The translations under genes and the position numbers were made by a program. Positions 26,839 through 36,109 of a stretch of 64,000 nt of DNA are shown piece after piece. The notes beneath the pieces are model-generated. The model had not been told where the DNA came from. It saw nothing but the letters and a program-made list of their open reading frames with translations, and did not search any database. Where the stretch lies: contig JAQTSV010000001.1 in NCBI GenBank assembly GCA_028711115.1, positions 838,032-902,031 on the forward strand, in the 5' to 3' direction. The stretch's first letter is position 1. Every line of letters starts with the position of its first letter. The DNA comes from Candidatus Omnitrophota bacterium (GTDB lineage Bacteria > Omnitrophota > Gorgyraeia > Velamenicoccales > JABMQK01).

Positions 26839-28575
26839 TCAATTTTTATTACTTTCTAAAATATCTAAAACGATATTAAAATCAGGACGGGAAAAATATT
26901 CTTCGATGTTTGCATTTGGATAAACAGGGCTGTTCAGAGCCTTATCGAATTTATCTGAAAAATCGTCTTCATGAGCAATAAATAAATTATCTTTAATGAA
27001 GTGTTCAATGCCGTAAGATAATTCTTCAGGAATCAGGTATAAAGTTTTTATACCCAACAACACAGATTCGAAAGCGACAGAAGAACCAGATGTGATCAAT
27101 AAATTACAATCATTTAAGAGCTCAGCAAATTCATTTTTTACAACCGTGCAATTTTTGTAGCTATGGCAGTCTTTATATGGAAAATCAAATCTCTTAGAGT
27201 ATGGGTGTGGTTTAATCTTAATGGTATAAGCTGAAAGATCTTTTCTTGTTGCCAGCAAATTTAATAACTGCCTATATAAGGATATAGAAATACTTGTACT
27301 TATAGGAAAAGCAATGACTATATTTCTTTCTTCACTATTTACAACCATTTTTCTATCGCGATCAAAAAGATAGCTAAATCTGATCGCCCCCAATTCTTTA
27401 ATTAATATATTTCTATAATTTTCTTTTAAAAAAGACGACCATTTCTTTCCTGCTGTCAATATTACCCTTGGCGAGTAGCTATCTGTATTTTCATATTTAG
27501 ACACCCGATAATCTAACCAGTTATAAGGAATCGTTGAATGTTGGTAAGCTATTCTGTTGAATTTTGAAAGGGCTATATTAAACATTTTCTCCCAAGGCTG
27601 GTTTTCAAATGGATAAATGAAAGAAACGTTTTTATCTAAGCTACGGCTCAAATTCTTGTAAGCATAGAACGACAAAAGATAATTCAGGAAATATAAAGAG
27701 CAGTTTTCTTTAGAAACCTCATTTTCCGAAAGCTTAATCAGAATGTCTAAGTCTTTTATGTTCTCGAAGTTATCTTTAGATAGGGCATTTTTATTAATTG
27801 TGAATTTGATAAAAATAGATTTTAAAAAATCCTGTAAGGACAAATAAGACAGAGGGAATATGATATTTCTAAAATGTTTTTTTAGCTTGTCAATATATTT
27901 CAGAGGTAAAAATATAGGAACTATGCAGCCGACTTTATAGCCTTTATTCTCCAGAAAATCTTCCAAATCACCGAAATTTGAGTTGCAAAACCTAGGCAAT
28001 CTTGTAAATACCCTTTCGTTAATCCAGCTGTGAATAATTATGTCGAATTTATTTATTTCTTTATTCCTTAAAAATTTGCATACCGACCATAAGAAAAAAT
28101 ATCTAAGAATTTTTGTAATATTTATTATTTTGTTCATAAAAGTTTTCTTATAAAAAATATTTTTATTTGACAAATTAATCCGTCCCATAAAAATTTTCTT
28201 GGCATTATTCAGTAGTTCATAATCATCTGTAACAAATAAAATCTCCCTGTTTTCTGATATTAGCCTGTCTATTAATTTTAAATATACATATTGTTGAAAC
28301 ATTGTATTTTGGCTTACAGATTTAGAAGCCATTCTGCTGCAATACCAGATAATCTTGTCATCTTGGCATATGGAGAGCTTGCCAATAAAGTCTATAAAGT
28401 TGTCTCTTATTATATCCGTAATCTGTTCGATATCTTTTGCTACAAATATTCTGTTGTTTTCATCCAGAATGCCTTTTATATAATTAATTCCTTTATGGGT
28501 CCCGAGATATATCCAGGGCAAGCCTGAAAACTTCCCTAGATTAAAGCTGTCATTAAAATATGCAATGTTAATCAT
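26839..28575 (-). CDS. Large uncharacterised protein with a GT-B-like C-terminal half, a candidate CMP/CDP-donor transferase
   Basis: 578 aa. 'IKIKPHPYS' is followed about 40 aa later by 'LLITSGSSVAFESVLLGIKTLYL', an HP...SS arrangement recalling sialyltransferase/TagF-type GT-B enzymes. Confidence 0.3.
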   Translation of the reverse strand: MINIAYFNDSFNLGKFSGLPWIYLGTHKGINYIKGILDENNRIFVAKDIEQITDIIRDNFIDFIGKLSICQDDKIIWYCSRMASKSVSQNTMFQQYVYLKLIDRLISENREILFVTDDYELLNNAKKIFMGRINLSNKNIFYKKTFMNKIINITKILRYFFLWSVCKFLRNKEINKFDIIIHSWINERVFTRLPRFCNSNFGDLEDFLENKGYKVGCIVPIFLPLKYIDKLKKHFRNIIFPLSYLSLQDFLKSIFIKFTINKNALSKDNFENIKDLDILIKLSENEVSKENCSLYFLNYLLSFYAYKNLSRSLDKNVSFIYPFENQPWEKMFNIALSKFNRIAYQHSTIPYNWLDYRVSKYENTDSYSPRVILTAGKKWSSFLKENYRNILIKELGAIRFSYLFDRDRKMVVNSEERNIVIAFPISTSISISLYRQLLNLLATRKDLSAYTIKIKPHPYSKRFDFPYKDCHSYKNCTVVKNEFAELLNDCNLLITSGSSVAFESVLLGIKTLYLIPEELSYGIEHFIKDNLFIAHEDDFSDKFDKALNSPVYPNANIEEYFSRPDFNIVLDILESNKN

Positions 28576-29564
28576 GGTTTTCTGGCTAAAATCATCATAT
28601 GGGAACTGAATCCGTTTTTACTTATCCATTGCTGAAGCTCTTCCTTAGTTTTCTCGCTGCCTTCCTGCGCCAGGAAATGCCAAAACCTGTCTGATTTTGA
28701 AGAAATAACTTTATCCCTAATTTTCTCTTCTACTATATTCCAGTCTAATTTACCTGGGGTGGAAATATTTACTATTTCGAAACCTATTCTTTTAAGAAAT
28801 ATTTTTATAGACTCTGGGTTAAAAAACACCAAGTGTAAAGGAGGTATAAATGCAGAAGATTTATCCCAGAGCACGCGTATATCAAAACCTGTGCTGCTTA
28901 GTGTTGTAAAGAAAAGAAAGCTACCCTTTTTTACCCCTTTGAACAGCTGTTTAAAGAAAGTAAATGGGTTCCCTAGATGTTCAACGAGTTCAAAGCTGGT
29001 TGCGATAACGCCTCTGTTTCTTAACAGCTTGAAGTCAAATTCTTCCAAAAAGACATTATGGGTTTTAATGTGTTTTGATAAACATATTTCTGCCAGTTCT
29101 GTGGAGGGCTCTATTACTTGGCATTCTATATTAAATTTACTTAATTCCTGTGCCAGAAATCCAGCGCCTCCCCCTATATCCAACACGGTGTAATTTGAAA
29201 GCCCATATTTACGTATTAAATTGCTTATAACCTCGGCCCTTGGCCTAAAGATTTTTGTTTTTCTTATATTTGCTGTAGTTTTGTAGATTTTTTCAGATAA
29301 AAACTTAATCGCCAGGGAATTCCTGTAATATTCCTTAACCGCTGCATCTTCGGGAGCAGGATTTACAAATATTGTTCTGCATTTTAGACATTCGCAATAG
29401 ATAAATCCGAATTTCTTAAAAACCCGCTCATAATATGTTGAATTACAGGCAGGGCAGTCAATCTTTTTAAACTTAACCTGCCTGAATCTTACGGAGACCT
29501 CTTTTTCAAGCAAACCTAAAAACTCGCTGTAGAGTTTTTTGGGTCTGATATCTGTTTCCTTCAT
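28572..29564 (-). CDS. Class I SAM methyltransferase with an N-terminal 4-Cys zinc ribbon
   Basis: 'CPACNS...CECLKC' followed by motif I 'VLDIGGGAGFLA'. Confidence 0.7.
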   Translation of the reverse strand: MKETDIRPKKLYSEFLGLLEKEVSVRFRQVKFKKIDCPACNSTYYERVFKKFGFIYCECLKCRTIFVNPAPEDAAVKEYYRNSLAIKFLSEKIYKTTANIRKTKIFRPRAEVISNLIRKYGLSNYTVLDIGGGAGFLAQELSKFNIECQVIEPSTELAEICLSKHIKTHNVFLEEFDFKLLRNRGVIATSFELVEHLGNPFTFFKQLFKGVKKGSFLFFTTLSSTGFDIRVLWDKSSAFIPPLHLVFFNPESIKIFLKRIGFEIVNISTPGKLDWNIVEEKIRDKVISSKSDRFWHFLAQEGSEKTKEELQQWISKNGFSSHMMILARKP

Positions 29565-29565
29565 A

Positions 29566-30459
29566 TTAAACCTTATTGCCTTTTTTTATCTTTGTATCAA
29601 ACAAAGTGTTGAGTTGTTCTAAAAGACCTTGGCCCAAATCTACGTAACTGGAATCAATCAGGCGCTTAGCCAATTTGGGCCTAAAGTTATACGGCGTTAT
29701 TTCGTAATGTTCGTCGTAGTCTTGCTTTGTGTATTTCAACTCAATCTCGTTATTTAACATTTCTTTTATCATAATCAACAGGTCTTTTATCCGAATAGAC
29801 TGCTGGCCGGTTATCATCACATATTGATTTTTGAATTCTTCGCTTGATACTTTAACGCTTAGCCTTGCAGCATCGTGAACGTGTATATATTCCCTGATTT
29901 CATTGCCGTCGCCTATCCTGGTTATTTTCTTCTCGACAAGCGCCTGTTTTAATATTTTATTTATCCAATTAGAATCATCAGATCTAGGTCCGTACAGAGA
30001 GCCGTATCTTAAAATAGTAAAATCGATATTATATTGCTTATGGTAATTTTCGATTATGATTTCGCATGCCTGTTTGCTCGTTCGATAAAATGAACCCGCC
30101 TCGCTATATACATAAACACTGCTGGCGAATATGAAACGCTTCACATTGTTAATCCTGCAGGCTTCCAGTATGTTTGTGGTGCCGATTATATTGGTGCAAA
30201 TAGTCTGGTATGGATCATCTTTTGCCTGGTTTATATCTGCAATGCCGGCAAAATGGTACACGATATCAACTCCTTTAGTAATTTCTTCAACCGCTTTCTT
30301 GTCCAGAATATCACCCACAATCATTTCCTGTGAAGGTTTTATATAGGGCGATGTCCTTTTATCAAACACTAAAACTTTATGGTTGTTTTCGGTAAGATAA
30401 TCAGCAACATGACTTCCCAGAAAACCTGAACCGCCAAAGACTATTATTTTCATAATCAC
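29566..30459 (-). CDS. NAD-dependent epimerase/dehydratase-family SDR
   Basis: 'KIIVFGGSGFLGSHVADYL' and 'YRTSKQACE' (YxxxK). Confidence 0.7.
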   Translation of the reverse strand: MIMKIIVFGGSGFLGSHVADYLTENNHKVLVFDKRTSPYIKPSQEMIVGDILDKKAVEEITKGVDIVYHFAGIADINQAKDDPYQTICTNIIGTTNILEACRINNVKRFIFASSVYVYSEAGSFYRTSKQACEIIIENYHKQYNIDFTILRYGSLYGPRSDDSNWINKILKQALVEKKITRIGDGNEIREYIHVHDAARLSVKVSSEEFKNQYVMITGQQSIRIKDLLIMIKEMLNNEIELKYTKQDYDEHYEITPYNFRPKLAKRLIDSSYVDLGQGLLEQLNTLFDTKIKKGNKV

Positions 30460-30474
30460 ACTCCTTTTTTGTTA

Positions 30475-31143
30475 CTAGTTTTTAATTTTTCCTATAATTG
30501 TACAGGGTGAACTATCCCAGAATGTTATTCTCAATGGAAACACCCATACATCCGATAACTTATCATTTGCTTTTTTAAGGTCCATATCTTCCAATATTAA
30601 AATAGGATTATTTTTACCATTTGGATCAAGAAATACTTTATGCGTTTCTCTTCCGATTTTGCGGTTCTGGTAAGGTGATATGGATATAAAATCTATGCCG
30701 ATGACTTTTATATTAGGTCTATTTTCTCTGAGCCATAAAGCCGCTTCCGGAGCTATACCGGGATTATTAAGATTATACTTTTTCTGTCCTCTGAATTTCT
30801 GAAACCCACTTTTTATTAAAACGATATCTGCCTGGGCAGGAATTGATAAAAATACCTCTTTTTTAATAATTTCGTTTTCTTGCACTTTGAGATTAAGCAG
30901 AAACGGCCGTGTAAAAATCCAAAATTCAGCAGCATAATCAGAAATTGATTTAGCTTTATTGAAAAAGTGGTTGGGGCAATCTATATGAGTTCCTAAGTGA
31001 CTGTTTATTTCCGTGCTGACTATGTTGCAGGAATCGTGTCGGGAAATTGATTTTACAGATTTATATTTTAAAATACGGTTTTCTTTGCCGTATTCAGGCA
31101 TAGTATCTTTAATATCATGTGACAAGAAACAGTACTTAAACAT
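30475..31143 (-). CDS. Cyclase-family protein (kynurenine-formamidase-like metal-dependent amidohydrolase)
   Basis: Signature 'HLGTHIDCPNHF' (HxGTHxDxPxH). Confidence 0.6.
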   Translation of the reverse strand: MFKYCFLSHDIKDTMPEYGKENRILKYKSVKSISRHDSCNIVSTEINSHLGTHIDCPNHFFNKAKSISDYAAEFWIFTRPFLLNLKVQENEIIKKEVFLSIPAQADIVLIKSGFQKFRGQKKYNLNNPGIAPEAALWLRENRPNIKVIGIDFISISPYQNRKIGRETHKVFLDPNGKNNPILILEDMDLKKANDKLSDVWVFPLRITFWDSSPCTIIGKIKN

Positions 31144-32065
31144 TTTTTAGCCCCTTTACAAGATTCAGTACGGCTTCTTTCTCCATCATAATGCGCGCTT
31201 CTTTTGCATAACTGCCGATGTGGGGTGTTAAAATTACATTATCCAATTCTCTGAGCGGACCTAAGTAAGGCTCATATTCAAATACATCTATTGCCGCCCC
31301 TCCTAATTTACCGCTTTTAAGTGCTTTATAAAGAGCCTTTTCATCAATTATGCCGCCACGTGAGCAATTTATAATGAGGGCACCTTTTTTCATCTGTGAA
31401 AATTCTTTTTTACCAAATAATTTGCGAGTAGTTTTTGAATATGGCAGATGCAAACTTATAATGTCTGATTTTTTTAGAAGTTCATTAAATCCGATTTTGG
31501 TAAACGAGTCTAGCGATTTCTTTACAATATTAGGATCGGTAAAATAGACTTCCGCGCCCATTGTTTTAAGAAGACCGGCTACTTTCTTGCCGATTCTTCC
31601 AAAACCAACAATCCCTACTTTCTTGGAGAATAATAATTCACCCATCTTTTTCTTCCAGATACTGGCTCTTATTTCTCGGTCCGAGAGCGATATTTTACGA
31701 AGTAGGGCAAGTATTAGCCCCACAGTTAACTCCGCTACTGCGATGGTTGGGGCATCTGGGGTATTGAATACTTTTATGCCTAATTTTTTAGCCGAAGCCA
31801 TATCTACATTATCCAAACCAGTACCGCAGCGAGAAATAACTTTTAGTTCAGGCATATTTCTGAGCTCCTTTTCTGTTATATTCTCCGTCCCGGCAATCAG
31901 GCCTATCGCGTCTTTAGCGATATCAATAAGTTCACCTGCTGTCAACTTTCTGCCGTAAGTATTTAATACTGCCCTGCATCCGTTTTTCTTTAATAAATCC
32001 AAAGGGGAATTAGAATAAACTCCGAATTCTGTCGTTGTTATTGCTATTTTTTTTATATTTTTCAT
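31136..32065 (-). CDS. D-isomer-specific 2-hydroxyacid dehydrogenase (phosphoglycerate-dehydrogenase-like)
   Basis: 'VGIVGFGRIGKKVAGLL' NAD motif, then 'INCSRGGIIDEKAL' and 'AAIDVFEYEP...LTPHIGS'. Confidence 0.8.
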   Translation of the reverse strand: MKNIKKIAITTTEFGVYSNSPLDLLKKNGCRAVLNTYGRKLTAGELIDIAKDAIGLIAGTENITEKELRNMPELKVISRCGTGLDNVDMASAKKLGIKVFNTPDAPTIAVAELTVGLILALLRKISLSDREIRASIWKKKMGELLFSKKVGIVGFGRIGKKVAGLLKTMGAEVYFTDPNIVKKSLDSFTKIGFNELLKKSDIISLHLPYSKTTRKLFGKKEFSQMKKGALIINCSRGGIIDEKALYKALKSGKLGGAAIDVFEYEPYLGPLRELDNVILTPHIGSYAKEARIMMEKEAVLNLVKGLKNV

Positions 32066-32066
32066 A

Positions 32067-32831
32067 TTAGTATTTTTTTATTAATGGATCGTTTTGCATT
32101 AATTTTTCTACCTGGCGCAAATCTTGTGGTGTATCGACGCTGTAAGTATCAAATTCAGTCAAAACCATTTTTACTTTATAACCGTGCTCCAGAATCCTCA
32201 GCATGTCAACCGATTCCGCCATCTCTAAAGGCGTAGGTTTAAGCTTTTTAAACTTTATCAGGAAATTGCGCCTAAATGGGATTATACAGACTTGTTTATA
32301 TACGGGTACTTCTTTAACGTTTCTTTTCCGCGATGGTATTGGTTCCCGAGAGAAATATAAAGCAAAATTTGATGAATCAGTTACGACCTTGACTTCATTT
32401 ATGTCTTTTTGTTCTGCCTGGGATTTAAGCGTAGCCATCAGATTAACAACTTGGATACCTTTATCTTTTAACATTGGCTCTATTGATTCTTTTATCATTT
32501 CTGGATAAACCATCGGTTCATCACCTTGAATCAAAACAACGATATCTATCCTCTTTTTTATTTTCTTTTCTATTTTTATCATAGCTTCGGCAGTTCTATC
32601 TGAGGCACGTTTGTGCCTTTTACTAGTCATTACTACATTCATATTATTTCTTAAACAATAATCTTTTATTTCTTTATCGCAGGTGGCGATATAAACTTTT
32701 CTAAGGATATTGGCCATTTTGCTTCTACGATACACGTGGTATATCATGGGTTTGCCTAGTATTTTGACCAAAGGTTTTCCAGGAAAACGGCTTGAGCCCA
32801 TCCTTGCCGGAATTATTCCTATAATATTCAC
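32067..32831 (-). CDS. kdsB: KdsB-family cytidylyltransferase (CMP-2-keto-3-deoxy-sugar-acid synthetase-like)
   Basis: 'IIGIIPARMGSSRFPGKPLVKILGKPMIYHV...VMTSKRHKRASDRTAEA...IQGDEPM'. The family is clear. The substrate is uncertain because no kdsA is in the window. Confidence 0.65.
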   Translation of the reverse strand: MNIIGIIPARMGSSRFPGKPLVKILGKPMIYHVYRRSKMANILRKVYIATCDKEIKDYCLRNNMNVVMTSKRHKRASDRTAEAMIKIEKKIKKRIDIVVLIQGDEPMVYPEMIKESIEPMLKDKGIQVVNLMATLKSQAEQKDINEVKVVTDSSNFALYFSREPIPSRKRNVKEVPVYKQVCIIPFRRNFLIKFKKLKPTPLEMAESVDMLRILEHGYKVKMVLTEFDTYSVDTPQDLRQVEKLMQNDPLIKKY

Positions 32832-32832
32832 G

Positions 32833-33792
32833 CTACCCCTTTGTAAAAAATCCTCTTAGTAAATCTCCCTGTAATGATTCATCTAAAATTTCTTGGATAA
32901 TATCAACTAAGGCATTATTTGTTAATCTTTTTTCCATAAAAAGTCTGTCTATAGTAGCCACATCTAAACCATTGCTTATAAGTTTCTTGGGGATAAAACC
33001 GTTTTTCCCTAACATTTCCTTGAAAGACAATACAGAAAACAGCATGAGGTGCCTGTCGCCTTCTATAATTCTATCTACCTTTTTATCTGTGTTTTCTGCA
33101 TACCTTACCAGAAGCGAATCAGCAGAAGGAACTTCTATCACCAATAATCCCTTATCCGTCAGAAGTTTTTTGCACTTTTTTAATATTTTGGACGGATCAT
33201 ATAAATGTTCTAATACGCCCCACAGCATTATTACATCAAATTTACCAGCTTCATTAAAATCATAAACGCTCTTATTCACTACAGAGATACCAAAATGTTC
33301 TTTTGCATAGTCGGCTGCGAAAGGATTGAATTCTATTGCGGTTGTACCCCATCCTCTTTCTTTAAATATGCTCAGCACTTCCCCTAAGCCACATCCTATA
33401 TCCAAAACCTTTCCTGTCTTTTTCAGCGATAGATTAACTATCTGATTGTATTTATTCACTGCCAACACGTTTCTTCTGTATTCCAAAGCGGGAAGCAGCT
33501 TAATCTTATAATACTGCGTGTAATCGTCTTCAGAATATAAATCGTGTACTATCTTTTCTTTCAGGCGTGGATTTACATAGACCATACCGCAAATGCTGCA
33601 GCGTACATGCCTAAAGCCGTATCTATCGTAAAATACAGAAACAAAAGAATCTTTGTTGCAATGGTAGCATTTTATATTCTCGAAATATTTCTTTCTAAAT
33701 CCGCCGTTATCAGTAAAGAATACCCTGGTCTTTTCAGAGATATAATCAGACAATTTTGATAAATTTGGATTTACTTTATCGAATTCAATCAT
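32833..33792 (-). CDS. Class I SAM methyltransferase with an N-terminal 4-Cys zinc ribbon, paralogue of 28572-29564
   Basis: 'CYHCNK...CSICGM' followed by 'VLDIGCGLGEVL'. Confidence 0.7.
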   Translation of the reverse strand: MIEFDKVNPNLSKLSDYISEKTRVFFTDNGGFRKKYFENIKCYHCNKDSFVSVFYDRYGFRHVRCSICGMVYVNPRLKEKIVHDLYSEDDYTQYYKIKLLPALEYRRNVLAVNKYNQIVNLSLKKTGKVLDIGCGLGEVLSIFKERGWGTTAIEFNPFAADYAKEHFGISVVNKSVYDFNEAGKFDVIMLWGVLEHLYDPSKILKKCKKLLTDKGLLVIEVPSADSLLVRYAENTDKKVDRIIEGDRHLMLFSVLSFKEMLGKNGFIPKKLISNGLDVATIDRLFMEKRLTNNALVDIIQEILDESLQGDLLRGFFTKG

Positions 33793-34562
33793 AGGATTTC
33801 CTTTATTTTAACTAACTCTGTCCGGCACTTATTACCTAAAAGTATGGTATCTATGCTAAGCGCCAGGAAACTGAATCCTTGTTTTATTTTATTCTTTAAT
33901 TCTTCAGATTCCGGGTTAATTACATGGAAGCCGGCAGGTTTATTTAACTTTCTGCACACAGTCAGGTATTTTTTAATGCTGTTTTTTACTTCTTTTTTGT
34001 TAAAATTACCGGCACAGCCCAAAGAAGCAGACAAATCATAAGGCCCTATGATACTGGCATCTACGCCGTCGACGCTCAGTATTTCTTCTAAATTATTTAT
34101 CGCATCTATGTGCTCAATCTGAACCACAACAATACTGTCTTTATTTACCCACTTTTTATACTCTTCGAATTCAAAACCATATCCCTGTGCCCTTGCTAGA
34201 CCTACGCCACGTTTACCCAGCGGTGGATATTTAATATAAGCCACTGCCATTTGAGCATCTTCTTCCGAGTTTACATTCGGAACAATAACCCCTGCTGCCC
34301 CGGCATCCATAACCCTCTTTATCTGCACAGCATCATTGCTAGACACTCTTACTAACGGAACAACATTATAAGATTGTATTGTCTGAATGAGTAATTGCGC
34401 CTGATGCAATTCTATTGTGCTGTGTTCTAGGTCTATTGCCAACCATTCAAAACCGGCTTGGGCCATAATTTCAGCTACGGCAGGATGGGCAATCTGTATC
34501 CAGCTGCCAATGGTGGTTTTTCTGTTGTTGAGTTTGTTCTTTAACCCATTTTTAATTTTCAT
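33789..34562 (-). CDS. HpcH/HpaI-family class II (pyruvate-specific) aldolase
   Basis: 'GSWIQIAHPAVAEIMAQAGFEWLAIDLEHS', 'VRVSSNDAVQIKRVMDAGAAGVIVPNV', 'YPPLGKRG' and 'VQIEH'. Confidence 0.75.
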   Translation of the reverse strand: MKIKNGLKNKLNNRKTTIGSWIQIAHPAVAEIMAQAGFEWLAIDLEHSTIELHQAQLLIQTIQSYNVVPLVRVSSNDAVQIKRVMDAGAAGVIVPNVNSEEDAQMAVAYIKYPPLGKRGVGLARAQGYGFEFEEYKKWVNKDSIVVVQIEHIDAINNLEEILSVDGVDASIIGPYDLSASLGCAGNFNKKEVKNSIKKYLTVCRKLNKPAGFHVINPESEELKNKIKQGFSFLALSIDTILLGNKCRTELVKIKEIL

Positions 34563-36100
34563 ATCCTCTCCTTTTCTGCCCTAACAAAATATAATGATGA
34601 AAAAATACTAAAAAAATCATATTCTATTGTATTTATTTCTACAGCCTCAAATGATTTTTTCCATAAAGCATTAAGTTTTTCTTTATCAGCAACGTATATT
34701 GTCATTCCATGCAAGGCGGGATCAGGGCAGGCAGAAGTAATTGTATAGTAATTTTCTCCTGACGCCTCAGCCCATTGCAGATAACCATGCCTGGGAGTTA
34801 AATATCCAATGAATGTTTCACCGCTATTGCTTAAGACTCTCGCCGTTTCCTTGACCAATTGCTCTTGATCGGGTATATAGCTACCCATATCGCTGCTTAT
34901 AACAAAATCAAATGTTCTGTTTTCGTAAGGAAATTCGTAGTTTTTCATTTCATTAAACAATATGCTTTTTGTCTTCTTTATCTTTACCGTTTCTTGTTTT
35001 AATCTTTCCAACATTAACTCAGATGTAGAAAGACCGTAAGCAAGATAATTCATTTTCGATATCATTAATAAATTCGCAATATTTTCTGGCATTAATTCCA
35101 ATACTTTGCCATTTTTCTCTCTGGCTTCTTCTTCATTGCCTATATTTCTATAAAATTTATCCAGCTTTCCTCTGTTTCGAGTTGCTAAAAACCTGACAAA
35201 TGGTTCATAAGGATATCTTTGTTCTAAATTAGATTTATCTTTATATAATAACTTATACTTATGGTCCCATAGCTTAGTATTATTTTTTTCAATTTCTTCT
35301 ATTTTTATAATGTTTTTTTTATTGCTATCCATGGTGTTGTTAATTGTTGGTAAGCTTAAACAATTGCTAAAAACACTTTTAGAATTTTTCTTTTGCCCAA
35401 ATAAATAATAATATGACATAAAAAGAGGATAGGTGTCATATTCTTCCATACCGATAGCTACGTCAAAATATTTGCCATAGGTATCTTCTAATTGTCTTTT
35501 TGATTTGAACAAAAAAAGTTCCAGCCCTACCAATCTAGGATTTGGATGATTCTCTGCAAATTTTACAATTGAGCCAGGTTCTCCATGTATATAATTCATA
35601 TACCCATGGCGGGGAGAAAATAAAGAAAAAAAGATTTTACCTCCTGGTTTTAAAACTCTATGACATTCTTTGGAAAAAATTTCCTGATCGATATTGTAAT
35701 ATACGCATTCCAGGCCGGTTATGACATCAAAACTATTATCCTCGACTGGTAATTTATTGCCTTCAAATAATCCCACAGAAAGATTTTTTTCTAATTTGCT
35801 TGCTGTTATAGCTTTCTTCGCCCTCTCGATAGCTTCTCTTGAAACCTCCAGTCCCAATACTTTGAAACCATAACTCTGCATCATAGACATATTTGTAATA
35901 TTGCCGAAACCTAATTCCAATATTTTTCTCTTATGATTTTTGCCGTATTCTTTCGCTAAAATACTTATAAATCTTGTTAAATGCTGATTAGGATATTTTA
36001 TGCCTGGGATATTTGTATTTTTCTGGTAAGTTTTATAGTAATTATCCCAGCCGATTTTGTTATTATTTATTTTTTCTGTTATTGTTTGATTTGTATCCAT
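34559..36100 (-). CDS. Tandem double methyltransferase-fold protein
   Basis: 513 aa. The first half has 'ILELGFGNITN' and 'VLKPGGKIFFSLFSPRHGYMNY'. The second half repeats the fold ('VLSNSGETFIGYLTPRHGYLQW') but has no glycine-rich motif I ('VLELMPENIAN'). Confidence 0.6.
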   Translation of the reverse strand: MDTNQTITEKINNNKIGWDNYYKTYQKNTNIPGIKYPNQHLTRFISILAKEYGKNHKRKILELGFGNITNMSMMQSYGFKVLGLEVSREAIERAKKAITASKLEKNLSVGLFEGNKLPVEDNSFDVITGLECVYYNIDQEIFSKECHRVLKPGGKIFFSLFSPRHGYMNYIHGEPGSIVKFAENHPNPRLVGLELFLFKSKRQLEDTYGKYFDVAIGMEEYDTYPLFMSYYYLFGQKKNSKSVFSNCLSLPTINNTMDSNKKNIIKIEEIEKNNTKLWDHKYKLLYKDKSNLEQRYPYEPFVRFLATRNRGKLDKFYRNIGNEEEAREKNGKVLELMPENIANLLMISKMNYLAYGLSTSELMLERLKQETVKIKKTKSILFNEMKNYEFPYENRTFDFVISSDMGSYIPDQEQLVKETARVLSNSGETFIGYLTPRHGYLQWAEASGENYYTITSACPDPALHGMTIYVADKEKLNALWKKSFEAVEINTIEYDFFSIFSSLYFVRAEKERI

Positions 36101-36109
36101 TTAGTTTTG

